A program made the translations under genes and the position numbers. The notes beneath the pieces were generated by a model, which was not told the origin of the DNA, ran no database searches, and saw only the letters and a list, made by a program, of their open reading frames with translations. DNA of 64,000 nt from Vicugna vicugna. Taxonomy: Eukaryota. The stretch lies in the NCBI GenBank assembly GCA_013265495.1, contig MU063895.1:9379774-9443773 (forward strand), given 5' to 3'. Below are positions 49,931 through 63,410 of this stretch, piece after piece (position 1 is the stretch's first letter; the number at the start of each line of letters is the position of its first letter).

Positions 49931-52900
49931 CCCCAGAAAAGGAGAAGAGACAGGATGGGGTAACCCCTTTACCTTTACATGGAACCAAGTTTCCATGGCT
50001 ATTTACTGCCAATGGAATAAAATAGTTAATGGTGAGTTAATCCCTTTCTTCCATCTGCTCACGTGTTATTTTTATCTTCTTTTGGCCAAGTTTTTATTTT
50101 TTGACCCTGTGCTCATGGCGCACTGTATTGATTTAAAAAACCACTATGCTTTTCCTTGAACCATTTTTCTCTTACTTGTTACAGTCTGACATGATTCTCA
50201 AAACTTCAGTAGCTCTAAAATGTTCAGATTTTCTTAGGCTATTCAATATTGATAGAAAAATAATTTACGTAATACTTAAGACTCTTCGGTAGTCAGTGAG
50301 GATAATTCTCTGGAGAGAATTTCAGCTTTAAATGATATAGCTGTAGAAAATGCCAATTATGAATGCAAGAGTAAATCAGAAAATGAGAAGAGCTAAAACA
50401 TAATACAATAGAAAACGGAAGCATTTTGTAAAGGATACTTCAAAGTTAGTTTTTCTTCAAAGTCCTATAAGTACTTTAAGAAAATAGGATTAGATAAATC
50501 TGATTTGAGAAATTACATATTTATAATTAATTAGTACAAATATTGCTCTTAAAAGTACATAAACAGGTTTAGAGTTTACGTCTTTAAAAAATTATTTCCT
50601 CTGTGGGTTTGTTAGACTTTTTACTCAATTGCATAGGGATGTTTTTCTCACCAAGAGAAAATGAATTTCTTTTTTTTGTATTCAGGCACTGTGGTTGTTA
50701 TTTAGCACAGCCCTGGCTATGGCCAATTAGTAAACATGAAAGAAGTATTTTAAATAGACTACTTTCCATCAAAGAGATCCTTTCGGGAAACTTCAAGTTC
50801 CCCAGGAATGTGAATCTGGGTCATTTGAGGGTACAGAGTGTATGCTTATTCCTTCTGTCAAAGATAAGAGTCACTGCAGGAAAAATCCTAATAAAAGAAT
50901 ATAAGAAAGAGAATTAGCGACCAAAATAGTATAGGAATCATCAACTCTCACCTAGAAAAGGGGAGATGCATGGCCCAGTAATGTCATGAAGGGGATGGAA
51001 GTCTTACCTTCATTGCTACACAAAAGCACAAGCTGGGAGATCTTGAGAGAAATATTTGAGATGTGAGACATGGAGTACTTCCTTCCATTCCTTTCCAAAT
51101 GAAATGCTGCTCATCTTCCTTTTAATTATGCCGTATCAAGAAGCAACAGAATGGCATATTGGATGCACATGAAATCTTCACTCAGGATACTTGGATGTGA
51201 AGTCACCATATAGTAAACTTGTGAATTTTGGAAAATTGTCTGACATTTCTAAGCCCCTGCTTCTTGATTTAGCAAATAAAAGTAACAGTCATTCCTTTCA
51301 GCTTGTGTGGCCAAGTTATCATAATGTATGTGATTTTGTTCACTGTGTGTTGTTTTGTTTTTTTGTAAATTTAAACCGTGTATCACGTCCATTCCAGTTT
51401 TCCCTTTTGCCAGTTCAAGGTTGCCTACCTCTTACTAGAATTCCAAAATGCTAAGAGACAAAGTATTTCCTTCCTGCCTTGGCAAGTAAACATTCAAATA
51501 TCAATAAGTCACTCTGGTCAAAATACTAAAGGAAAGATTGAACGATCATTTAATTTACTCCTGAGAAACTTTGGAATCTTGGCCTTATGGGCAAGTGATC
51601 AAATAATATGCAAAAAAAAAAATCTGGAAAAATGTATTAGAGAGGTGTGTCAAGCAGTAATTACTGAAAACATCGTATTACTGTTCTATACTTTGTGACT
51701 GTTGTGGTATTTGTCAGTCTTCTAATTTCAAGAATCATTTTAATTTTTTCTCACTAATATTTATATTCCATACCTAATGTTGTGTTTGTAGTTTGTATTA
51801 GATTCAGGCATCAGTTCCTGTATGGAAGCACAAGAGTTTCTTTTGGGGAAAGTGGAACTTCTCTTTGGCCTAGGGAAAACTCATTATCTTCTCTGCTCTT
51901 TTAAAATTGCAAAACAGTCCCTTATCACTTCATGGGTTTGATGTCTGAATACCTGAAAAAATGAACAGAAGCCTTAAATCATTGAGCACATGTTAATCTT
52001 AATTCACGGTGAGGCTTAGCTTCAAATCTCGGGTTTAATTACTTCATAACATTAGCAGAAAGTCATGGATACGGGGCGTGCACTGTTTCATGTTAAACAA
52101 TGGAACGTTCTTTTATTTTAAGATGACTCTGATGGCTCACTGGCTGGGAGACAAGAATCCTGAGCTGGTTGTGCGGTGCTGAATTTCTGATATGTCCTCT
52201 ACACTCTGGAGTCTCTGACATGAGCTGGAGAGACGGATAGGGCAGGAATTATGCAGCCTAAGGTCATTAAACAGAGTAGAGTGAGGAAGGGTATGGATTC
52301 CGTGTCTTCTAACCTAGACCATCAATCTTGACTATTGGCAAAGAGATTTCCTATATTCAGATGAGATGTCATCTGAAAGAAGCTTACAAATGTACTTCCT
52401 GTGCAGAATTTGTGGCAACAGATTACTCCTTAAGACTTCATAGTAGAAACTTCACCAATAGCACGGACATGATAGACTTAACTGAAGAGAGGAAAGTAAA
52501 TGACAAACATTCTCCATGTTCAATGAATTATTGATAAAGACTGTATTGTCTGGTACGTGGGAAAAATGTAGGCAACTACTAACTCAGTCTGTAAAGTTTC
52601 TTGACTGCCTGGCTTTACGGACATTCATTATAACTGCATTCATGATGGAAAACTATTCCGCACGGTTTTAACAGCATCTTAGATTTGGAAAGGAAAGTAA
52701 GTCCATTTGCTTGCTGTACCTCAGAATCATTGTTATCCTCTACAACTGTGCTTCATTGAATACTGGTATTGGATAAGATGCTGACAGGTATTCCTACATT
52801 ATAAATCAGGCCATTATGTGGTTGAATGTTCAGAATTCAATTAAAATTTTCTGTTTACCAATAGTGATGCAAAAATCCTGTTACCTGTCACTAATAATCA

Positions 52901-53159
52901 TTGTTTTCTGTTTTGGAGTAATTTACAATTTTTTTTCTTTTCCTTTGTCTGAAAACATTTTGTGTATGCTATAGTAGACATTGGGGTCATTCCCTTCATA
53001 CATTTGCCCCATCTCATTGTGAAGTAACCAAACTCACTGGGTGAAGATGACCACAGGTGGCCCCTGATAGTGGTAAGCCATCACTATTGCTCATTTTTGG
53101 TCTCTTACAATCAGTTGTCTCCTAGCTGCGTGCTCCCTGTTCCCTCTCTGCCCTTTCTA

Positions 53160-53640
53160 GAATCCACTCACTAACAGCCAGATGACCTTCAAAAGCAGTG
53201 ATCATACTATGTTACTTTGATTCATTTAAGCACAAAATTCTACAACTGTATTACATCTCTCTTTCAATAAAAACTAATATTTTTTTCATGACTTACAAAG
53301 CCCTCTTGTGATCCAATTTCTCTTTACTTCTCCAGACTTATCTCATCTATTTTCACAGTGGAATCATCACTCTCTGGCCACATCAGCTTCTTTTCCTTCC
53401 CTCAGACAACTATTTCTTGTTAACCAGTTTATTTCCTGCATAAAACATAGCATAAGAAGTGATGATCTCATGTGTTTCTTTACTTTCCATGTGAAATATC
53501 TTATCCAATGAAACGTGAACTTCATGAGGATAGGGGCTATTTCTATGTTCATCACTGCTTTGAAATAAGTGAACAGTGGCTTGTATATTGTAATTTCCAA
53601 ATATGTAATTGTTAAATGATGAATAAATGACTTGAGCTCG
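53160..53640 (+). mobile_element. L2 3' fragment
   Basis: acagccagatgaccttcaaaagc...ttcatgaggataggggctatttctatgttcatcactg...gttaaatgatgaataaatga. Confidence 0.8.
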
Positions 53641-54237
53641 GATACAATATTATCAGTCATTTAAATAACCAGTATCAATTTGTAATATAATACAGAGGGC
53701 AATAATGATAGGAGAGAGTGTTTTAAATAACATGTTACAAATATAAATTTCAATAACATCATCAGAGTAGGATTTGACATGAAATAGTGAGACGGTCACT
53801 TGCCCCAGTTGGCTCCCCTGACTTAACATAACCTATAATCATCTCCACTTGTGAGGATCCCCAGCCTTTGGTGAATACATTGCTCATCTGACACTGACAC
53901 AGACTGTCTTGTGAAATCGAGGACAGTAATTCAAATTGCTCTTTCATTTATAATTTTTTTATGTTAATAAGATGTGATATGTGCATATCTTGACTCTCAT
54001 GAACTATTATAAGCTACCAGAGGGTGCTGAGGTTTAGACAGTGCTGATCACTAATTCTTAAATACTTACTGAATCAATGCATATTTATGTATTTCTTTGA
54101 TTACAAAGAGGTATTAATAATTTTTTTAGGGACTTGCCCTCAGTTTTTTCCTTCATAGAACCTCTTCAAAGAAAAGAATTTTAATTCCTGGGTGTGTCCT
54201 GGAATCCTCCTTTCTTTCGTTTTTTGGTATAGAAACC

Positions 54238-54239
54238 AA

Positions 54240-54274
<35 letters not shown>

Positions 54275-54275
54275 A
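54238..54275 (+). repeat. (AAAT)~9 tetranucleotide microsatellite
   Basis: Direct reading. Confidence 0.97.
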
Positions 54276-55962
54276 GAAGAGAGGATAACTTAGAGATCTT
54301 CATTTGACAAACATCTTTTGAATCACACTAGACATTGTATTAGACTTTAGAGATAAAGCAAGGAACAAGCAGACGAGTTCCCTACTGGGATATCCATCAT
54401 AGCCAGGAGATAGAAAAGAAACAAGTTAACACATAAATGAGATAAACAGATTCTTTAACATATTTTTAAGGCAAACCTGAAATGACTCCTGTTGTTGAGC
54501 CGACAGATAGCGGGGAATCCAGGCTTTAATCAAATAATCCCACAAGGAAGCCAACTTGGCTTGTATAATAAAGACTCATCTAGAAGAAAAAGAAAATGTC
54601 CATGTGGATGGAGTTTGTGAACAAGTTTAAGGGAACTAGGATGTGGGGCAAGTGTTTTTGATTAGCTGCTGCGCTTCTGGGCTAGATAAGAACGAGACAA
54701 GGACCATGCATTTCTGACTTGTGCAGTGTAATGGGAGAAATATTACATTTTTTCTCCAGAAACTGCCATAAAGATTTAAATTTCTTCTTAAGTATCTCTG
54801 GTTGCAGCAGTGATGTTCTGTTGATGTGGCCCAAGCCGTAAATGGGCTACACTGAGTGAGGGCATGCTTGGTGTAGTGGCCGGTAGGGAAGAGTCAATAC
54901 ATTGTTGCTTCTTCCCGTATTGCATTGCCCTGGCTTTGGCTGTGACCTAGATAACCACTCTTCCTCACAGTCAAAACTTGCCAAGCCAGGTCCTAGACCC
55001 TTCCTGCCTGGGGTCTTCTCTCTCTCCCTTGTTGATATGTTCCCACCTACTAGTCTCAATCCCACTCTACTTTTCTTTATAATATTTTTCGAAGCTCTTA
55101 CTATGGATAAAGCAACATAAATTCCCAGGAACATTGAAATAATAACTGTAATTTCTTCATGGCTCTTACTTTTGAATCTGCCAAAGGCATTGCTGTTTCA
55201 TTTAAACCCACAATGTCCTAATAGTCTCTCAGAGGTCCTGGTACTTTTCCTATAAACTGTGGAGTTTGCGGTGCTTTCTCACAGCAAAGCTAAGTTGGTA
55301 AGTCTGTAATTTCCAAAGTTATCATTTCCTCCTTCTTTTATAAAGATGAATGTAGTATTGACCTTATTCCCTGCTTGATTTGATATTTTATGGATTTGTC
55401 AATACATCCTGTCTGGCAGATCTCAGGAGCCCTTCTCTGCCTCACAACTGAATATTTAAGATTGAACATTAAAGCTCTGTGCTCTCGATATAAATGTCCA
55501 CGATTGGCAGAGGGAGATAGAAGAAAGACACAATTTAATATGATCTGACAATACTGTAGGTGCTAGACTGAAAATTTCACCTATGTATATGTTTTAATTT
55601 ATCTTTATAGCAACGTTATTTTACAGATGAGGAAAGGGAGGCATGGGGAAATTAGGCAATAAGGAATTATCAATTAGGGATCAAGTTCATTTCTAAAAGG
55701 AAAGCTAATTCATTCCCCAATCTCTGCTCCCACTTTGTTAAAGTAAGTGTTGCTCCATTAGCTATATTTAAATAAATATAACCCATTTTATTAGTTTGCT
55801 TTGATCATCCTCTCACAAATAGTATCAAGAGACTAGTTTATAACTTATATTTGTTCAATCCTAAGAGGAAATAAAAAGGTAATGTGATAAATACCTTTGC
55901 CTTCTTAAGGTATCCCATCTCATTTTTCTGTATTTAAAGTGAATCCTGTTAAAAATATTTCA

Positions 55963-56001
55963 ACGTGTGTGTGTGTGTGTGTGTGCATGTGTGTGTGTGT
56001 G
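55963..56001. repeat. Interrupted (TG)n microsatellite; 39-nt alternating purine-pyrimidine run
   Basis: Direct reading; the gcat interruption preserves alternation. Confidence 0.95.
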
Positions 56002-56799
56002 GTGTAGTGTTTCACTGTGGTGACTTCAAGAAATGCGAACTCCTTAAACTCTTCTAGTGCTTCCTTTAAGTGTCAACAAATGCACAGAGCAGTGGCCAAA
56101 GTACTATATACGAAGATGGTATAATGATGTTTAAGCCATAGATTTATCCCTGTCTATGTGGTATTGTGAGCCATGTAAACTCTCAAGCTTTGTTTTTCTT
56201 ATCTCTAAGATAAAAATATTTTGACTGGATGATATTGAAGTTTTTTTTCCCCCTAAGATTCTATTAAATTTTCTGCTATATCTAACTTTGATCCCACAAG
56301 CTTCAGTTTAGGTCAGGTTTCATATTAGTGTCTCCATGGAAAGATAGGACAGATCATTTTTCTTTTAAAATTGCAGACTTAGAGGGAAAATAATAACATG
56401 TAATTCTGAGGCCAGGATTTTAGACTTGGAAAGGAAATATACTAATCACCATAAGCTTTAATTAGTTTGGTCAATAAAATATTTCTTGAGTGGAAGATAA
56501 TTTTAAATTTTAATTTTTTTCCATTGAATGTCTACAAAATCATCCCCCCAAAACTTGAAATTATCCAAAACCAAGTATTACTTTGCATTTTCCAGATATA
56601 AAATTAGCCTTTTTATATTTTTAATGATTTTTTAAAATATGTAGAGTAAATCTAAATTAAGTGCTGAAATTCCAGTTCCTTGCATAAACATTCTTCCTTG
56701 AAATCAGAAACATCTTAGCCATTGTCATCCTTTTTGTCATCAAACTCTTATCCCCTAGTATTAACTTCCACTGATGTACAATAAGGCTGAGAAACTGTC

Positions 56800-57180
56800 A
56801 TAATTTAGAGACGTTTAAGGATACATGATGACTAAACGTAATGTTTTATCTTGGGAGGTGTCCTGGGATGGGAAAAGGGCACTGAATAAATATGAAGGAA
56901 ATCTGAATAAAGTATGGACTTCTAGTCAATCACAATGTTGTCAGTCTTGGTTTACCAACTGTAACAAATATAGCATACTTATGTAAGTTCTGAACAAAGA
57001 AAACTGGGTACAGGGCATGTGAGCTATCCCTATCCTATCCTTAAGTCTTTTGCAAATCTAAAACTATACTAAAATAAATTTTTAAAAAATATATGTCAAA
57101 GTCATGAAAGACACAGAAAGGCCAAAGAAGCTTCTAGATTAAAAGCAAATGAAGGGCTGTGCAATGCATGATTCTGCATT
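56800..57180 (+). mobile_element. L1MC-type 3' UTR fragments
   Basis: gaaatctgaataaagtatggact...ttgcaaatctaaaactatactaaaataaa, then atgtcaaagtcatgaaagacacagaaagg. Confidence 0.75.
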
Positions 57181-58156
57181 CAACTCTCTAGCAGGTTTTT
57201 TTCTCTTTTCCTTTTGCAGTAAGTGACATTATGAGGACCACTGGAAATTTGAATAATTTACCTGAAGGAAGTAATTGACCTGAGACTACCTTACGACTTG
57301 AGGATGGAAACATACTAGGCAAACCCAGGAGCAGATTCCACCTGGCAATGCCTCACCTCCATCACAGTTGTAACCAAAACACAAGCAGCCCTAATTTGCC
57401 TTGTAAATGACTTTCTAGAAAAATCTTTGATTATCTAGCTTACTAAATAATTTTAAGCTCATCCGTGTAACTGAGATTCCAGAGAACACTTTTTTTTAAC
57501 TTCATTGAATTGCTGGAAAACTTCCCAGACTGACAGTACACTTCTCTTTATGAAGCTCTTTTGTGTCCACAGGATTTTCCTGAGTGGCAGTGGTGAAGTG
57601 AGAGGAACCTCCTCCAAACGCAGAAGTTCTCTCCCCATCTGATTCAGCATCGCAGCTGTGGGAATGGGTGAGAAAGAGAATTTAACTCAGGTAGTTTGTT
57701 GTTGTTGTTGTTGTTTCTAAAAGCTATTTCTCCAGAACCATGATGTCAAGGCATCGGAAAATAGCAACAAACAAATTTGATGATGTACTTACTGGCAGGA
57801 AAAAAAGGAGCGAAAAAGGTAAAAACGACAAGTCACATATCCCACACACATTGACTAGCTCAGGAATAGGTCCACTTGAAAAACATACAGTAGAAAATTA
57901 GTCTGCATTTGAAGTCAGTTCATGAAATATAATGCCTGCCTCTGTATTCTTCCTTATCAGTTTAACTCTTAGAGCTAAATCTGAAAAGGCAATTGTCTTA
58001 TAAAAACAAGATCAAAAAGAGTAAGTTTTATAAGGAGAAGTAGATTAAACATATTAGTTTCGTGCATCATGGGTATTCAGAAATGTTTAAAATGTTGGGC
58101 CGTACTACCCACTAAATATATTTCTCAAAATCTAAGAGTGATTCCATTTCATTTTT

Positions 58157-58176
58157 TTAATTGAAGTATAGTCAGT
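58157..58176 (-). mobile_element. 20-nt LINE-1 micro-insertion with 12-bp TSD
   Basis: ttaattgaagtatagtcagt is the reverse complement of the L1 terminus seen just before the poly-A of the 40363-40864 L1; TSD catttcattttt at 58145-58156 and 58177-58188. Confidence 0.85.
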
Positions 58177-59175
58177 CATTTCATTTTTAATCTTTATATT
58201 TCTACTTGAAGGGCTGCCCTAAGCAATGCAGATGTATTGCTCTGATGGAACGAATGCATGTAATTATTACAGAGCCTCACCCAGAGAGATGTATTATTAT
58301 TTGCCTGAAGAGAGAGCCCTTGAAATTATTAATCTCTGATGAGTACAAAAGGAAAGCCATCCTCCAGGTAAGCCCTAGACTGGACTAGCCTCTGAATCCA
58401 ATGCTTTTCATTCTTCCGTTGAGCCACGTACGTCTCAGCAGGTTCCCTCAAATTCCATCATTATGGATATCTGGTCTTTCAACATAGCAATAGCCTGTTT
58501 CATCAGAATACTCCCTTCTCAAAGGATTCAGTGATAAAATATGGGCTATATTTTAATAGGAAAAAGTATTTTTAAAATGTATGTGTTTTATATTTATAGG
58601 AGATTAAACCTGCAAAGTAAGAATTTTGTGGTAAATTGGATCAAAATTAAATAAGCTAAAGCTCCATTTTCGGAAACCTTAGGGAGTTTTTCGAGGCTAA
58701 CTTTTCTAGGAGGTGTGTTCTTCCTGTTTCCCCCTTTCCCAGTCACTAAATGCAGAACATTTAATCTTGTTGTAGAGACTGATGAAAAGGGCACCTTCAT
58801 ACATGGTTGGGATCACAGTGCTGTCTCTGTACGAAGGACAATATCGTGAAGAATAGATTGAAGGTCACAAAAGCCTACGCAGAAATCAAGTAATAAATTT
58901 AAAAGTAAACTTTGGACAAGACAAAGAAAAATACCATAGACAAACGTAGACTATAAAGTGGTTGATAATGACAGTCCTGACCAAGAAGCAGTCAGCTGGT
59001 TTCAGCCTATATTCAAATTGTGGTCAATAAAGATATGAGACTGACTATAGAAGGAGATCCAAGCTAAGCCAAAACTACACATTTAGCATATTGATTGGAC
59101 ATATGTCAGAACCCCTTCTGCAGCCTTGCTTGTTTTATACACTGCTCCTCAGTGCACCTGATCCGGGATGCTAAA

Positions 59176-59690
59176 TGTGGTTGACTGCTGTAGACTGGCT
59201 CTGCCATCAGCATTCCACCTCCTTTCTAATTGGAAAGATGAAAAAAACAAAACACCGTTTCCCAGACTGTTTTAGGGCTATGATTCTGGATGTGAATCAG
59301 ATCCACCAGGTAGATACACTGACATGAAATCTGGAAGGCAGTAGGGAGGCAAAGTGAAAGCTAGTTTCCAGTAGCTATCTCTGCTGGCAAGCAGGTTTAT
59401 AGATAGAGAAGTCCAGAGACAATTGAGAGATCTAGACTCAATGTTCCATGTTTTCATTCCTAGCTTTATGGGTTTAAGAGGCATCTGTGAAGGACATGGC
59501 AGAAGCAGCAGCAGCCCCCTGACCTCTGGATGGTAGTTCCAGTGGAATTCCCTTGAGCGTAATGGGACCGAGATGTTCCCTGACTCCTACCCAACTAGGT
59601 CATTCGATGATTTGGCCGGCCAGTGATTCTCCATGTTAATCCCCTTTCTTCTTGTAATACCTAAGGTAGCGGTAAGTCCTGACTAATTGC
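59176..59690 (+). mobile_element. ERVL LTR (LTR33/LTR16-like)
   Basis: tgtggttgactgctg...ccgtttcccagactg...tgaaatctggaaggcag...aatcccctttcttcttgtaatacctaag. Confidence 0.7.
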
Positions 59691-61149
59691 CAAATTGCCA
59701 TACACATATATTTCCATATAGGATTCTCTGTGGCATTCTCTTTGCATCGTGAAGGTCAGAAATTCTTATATAATTCCCTCTATTGCTGCATAAGGATCTG
59801 AGTTTTAAAAAGTCTTCAAATTATTGAAATTTGTAAATACCTTTTTGAGGAGGCTCTCAACTGATTATTGCTCTGAGATGCAGAGTGGGGGAAAACAGAC
59901 ACACTTCTCTTGCACAATTCTGTGTTAATCATACTTAATGTTCGATGGGCCCTCAGTTACAAACCCTCTGAAAATACCTGCACTGCTAGGTTTCCCTGCT
60001 TTGTAACAAAAATAAAAGAGAAGATCATCTCCTGAGTGTCAAACAATATTTACAATGGATTCAAACACTAATTGACCCATAGAGGACAGGGTCATTACTA
60101 GCACATTTGATGCCTTTGTGTGAATTTAAAAAGATGACACTCCCAGGACAAATGCAAATTTGAAACAGATGCACTCAGGATGCAGGAATAATAAGAGAAC
60201 ATGCCTCTTCCTCCCAGTTGGCAAAAAACACACCTGGGTTTTCAGCTACAGTTTGCCATCTTGATGAACTGCCCTTGTATGTTGCACACACAATTGTTCA
60301 GATGCTTACAACACTGCCCAGAGTATTGTAGGTGCTTAAAATGATTATTGAACTGTTAAATTTGTCTTCTAAGAATCCAATAGATTAAATATGGCAAAAA
60401 GAGGAAAGGGTGTGCCTTTCTCTCTTTATCCTGTGCACCTAACCTGGCATCTGTTGTGTATTTAGCAACATTTGATATTTTCTTCAAAAAACCAACGTAT
60501 TGGTTTCCTAGTGGAAAGGCTTACCTCCCTGAATAATAAATTCTATGGAAAGAACATATAATACTGTACCTTTTTCCAGCTCGAATTTCTTTTGGGTTTT
60601 CTTAGAATGCAAAATTGAATAGTAAGAACTTAAGGAAGACTCAGAGCACCCTCCCTTTGAGAAGGTCATGCACTTGGACACACCTTGACTTTTGTGTGCT
60701 GCAGTCAGCGTCGAGCACGTGAAATTTTATTTTTGTTTCCATGATATGCATTTCCCTCCTGTTTATATGGGTGTATATTGTGTGTAGATCTGTCATATTT
60801 TTTTGCAGAATGCAGAAAAACTGACATATTTTCTCCATAACAATATGTATGGGTCTTCTAGAGTAAATCTGCTATCTCTACTGATCCATTTAGTGAAATG
60901 TGAGCGAAGCACATGCAATTGTGAGATGCCATTTCACTATGTCACGGTTTACACGGGTTTTGTCAAAAAGTGTGAGATAATTCTTACCTTTGTGTTCCTG
61001 TACGTAAAGAGGTAATGTCTTGTTTTTCTTGAACTTCATTAATGATCTTCTCTTAATTGAATTTCATCAACTTGATTATAATATGCTCAATGTGATTTCC
61101 TTTCTTTTCGCCATTGCTGGAATTGGAGATGCTTTCTGGCTCTCTGAAT

Positions 61150-62400
61150 TTACAATTTTTAAAACAAATGCAAGAACAAAATAGTGGTTATTTCTTCAAA
61201 TATGTTTCAGCTTCTTTTCTGGAAATCTAACTACACGTGTGTTACACCACTTGAAACTCTACCACTTACAACTGAGACTCTGTTCGTTTGTTCTGTTTTC
61301 TTCTCCCTTTCCTCTTCCTTCTTCTGTTTAAGATGTTTTTGCTTTTGTTGTTCATTGTTGCTTGTTAATATGTGTTTATGTGTTGCTGTATCTGAAGGTC
61401 ATTGTAATTCTCTTCTTCCAATATCCACTTTTCTCTCAAGCCCTTCTCAGTGTGTCCCAGTGTATTTTTTCACTTCGGATATTTAATTGTTCATCTCTTG
61501 GAGTTTCATTTATTTCCTTTTTATATATTCAATTTTCTTACTACATTTATATTTTACTTTAAATGTGATAATGATCACATTTTTCATAGGGTGTTTTTTT
61601 GTTTGTTTTTAAAGACTCTGTCTCTAATTTCAACATTTCTGACATTTCTGGATATCCTTCTTTGGATTTGAATTTCTTCCACTTACAGGTCACATTTTCT
61701 AGCTTTTTTCCTAGATATAGTGAAGTTTATTAAATTTTAGATATTATCCAAGTTATTGAGAGTCTGAATTTTACTGCCTTCATTTAAAGAGTATTGAAGT
61801 CTATTGGGGGAGTCTGTTATTTGCAGAGTAGCTTGAATGCTTTTGTGGCTTGTTTTTTAGTTTGTTAGGTCAGCTCTCCATTTTAGGTGAAACTGAGCCT
61901 TGCACTAAGTTCTTACCACTACAAGATCTCCGGTGCAGTTTCTGGATGTACAACAAGGTCTCTCTATTTCCACTGGTTAGACCTAAACAATTCCTAGCCG
62001 TCTGTGAGCTCTTTGAATTGCTCAGTGACATCTCGCTAGTAGTTCTTTTTGAGGTGTCTTGGTGTTTTACCCTCACAAAAAGCACAATTCAGTGTATGAC
62101 AGACTCATTCCTTAATGCTCTTTTCACTGGAGTCCCTCCATTCCAATACTGTATCGCCTACATTCCAGCATTTTCAACCACCTCAACTGCAATTTATGTC
62201 CGCCAGTCAGCAAGATCACCGTGCTCTTCTTGTGTTTCTCCCCCCGTAACACACTCAGGAAAGTGAAGCATGGCGTAACTCCAGACCATTTGTAGTGCTC
62301 ATTGCATTTTTCTCTTCTCTCAGGAATCAAATTCATGTGATGATTGTGGTCCACTGTCTGTAAGTTTTTTTTTTCCATATATTTTTCCAGTTTTCTATTT
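61150..62400 (-). mobile_element. Old L1M/HAL1 5'/ORF1-region fragment
   Basis: ttttctggaaatctaactacacgtgtgttacaccacttgaaactc...gagactctgttc; T-rich antisense L1 composition. Confidence 0.65.
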
Positions 62401-63269
62401 TCTTACAGTAAGATAGCAAACCAATATCAATTAATGCCTCATCCTTTGTTAAAGCACTGTGACCTCCCCATATGTTATGCTAAATAAATGTTCTAATATT
62501 TAAATATTCTCTTTTACTGTAGCATTGCATTCAGTGGGCATTTAGTATTTATTTTTTATTGAGCCACTGGGTGCACTTGCATTTTTATTGTAAACCATTT
62601 ATTTGTCCATTCGGGGAAGGGACAGCTTAGTCTCCAGAGGTTTAGATTTCAGCGAAAATAACTGTTAGATTGAAATTGTAGCTATAGTTTTTCTCTGAAA
62701 TGTTCAAAAGTAGCTGACTAAGACATACTCTGAATCTCCTAGGTTTCATTAGACTGTAAGTCAAGACAAATCTATATTATACTTTAATTTATAAATCTTA
62801 GTAGTTTCATGCCCTTACCACTCATTTAAGAAACTTTGTTTCTTAAAGATTTACTTTCCTCCGAGTACTTCTGGGAATCTCCAAGGGTTGTTTTAAACTA
62901 GTCTTCAATTTGTTTCTGGTTATATTTCTTCTATAGCCTTATGGAATTTAGTTTCTACATCGGTAGAAATCTCTGCTGATTTACTTCTGATAATAAATGT
63001 ATACCTACTGTTTTATTTCCAGGAGGAGATTGGGAATGAGTAGCCATGAACTCATGGTTTTGGTTGCTTGGGGCACAAAGGAGTGAACGTTCTTTCCTCT
63101 AAGATGAGTTACATTGTTCTGCTCCAGCTTTAGCCAGTATTGCTGCCTTAGAAATGCTCCAATATAGAACTCTGTTTTTGTTATTACTCCCTTATTGTCA
63201 AGTGTGCTTCTACCCCAGTATGGCCACCTTCCTTTTGAGAAAGATCTTCCAGATGCTCTGATGCTTGCT

Positions 63270-63410
63270 CACGTACAGTTAGATGTTTCCACGTGCTCAG
63301 CTTCGGCCAGTCGTAATTTGTGACGGGAGCATTCTTTTGTCTCTCTGTGCTACACGTGGGTAGCAGGAGTCCTGCAGCAGAATCGTTCACTACCATCCTG
63401 ATATAAAACG
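63270..63410 (+). promoter_or_regulatory. Candidate TATA promoter with E-box/HRE cluster
   Basis: CACGTA 63270, CACGTG 63290 and 63353, TATAAAA 63402-63408; 8 CpG in about 140 bp. Confidence 0.3.

Noticed and set aside
53047-53066. CTCF-like accacaggtggccc
   Set aside because: Three mismatches to the core consensus; not supportable without ChIP data
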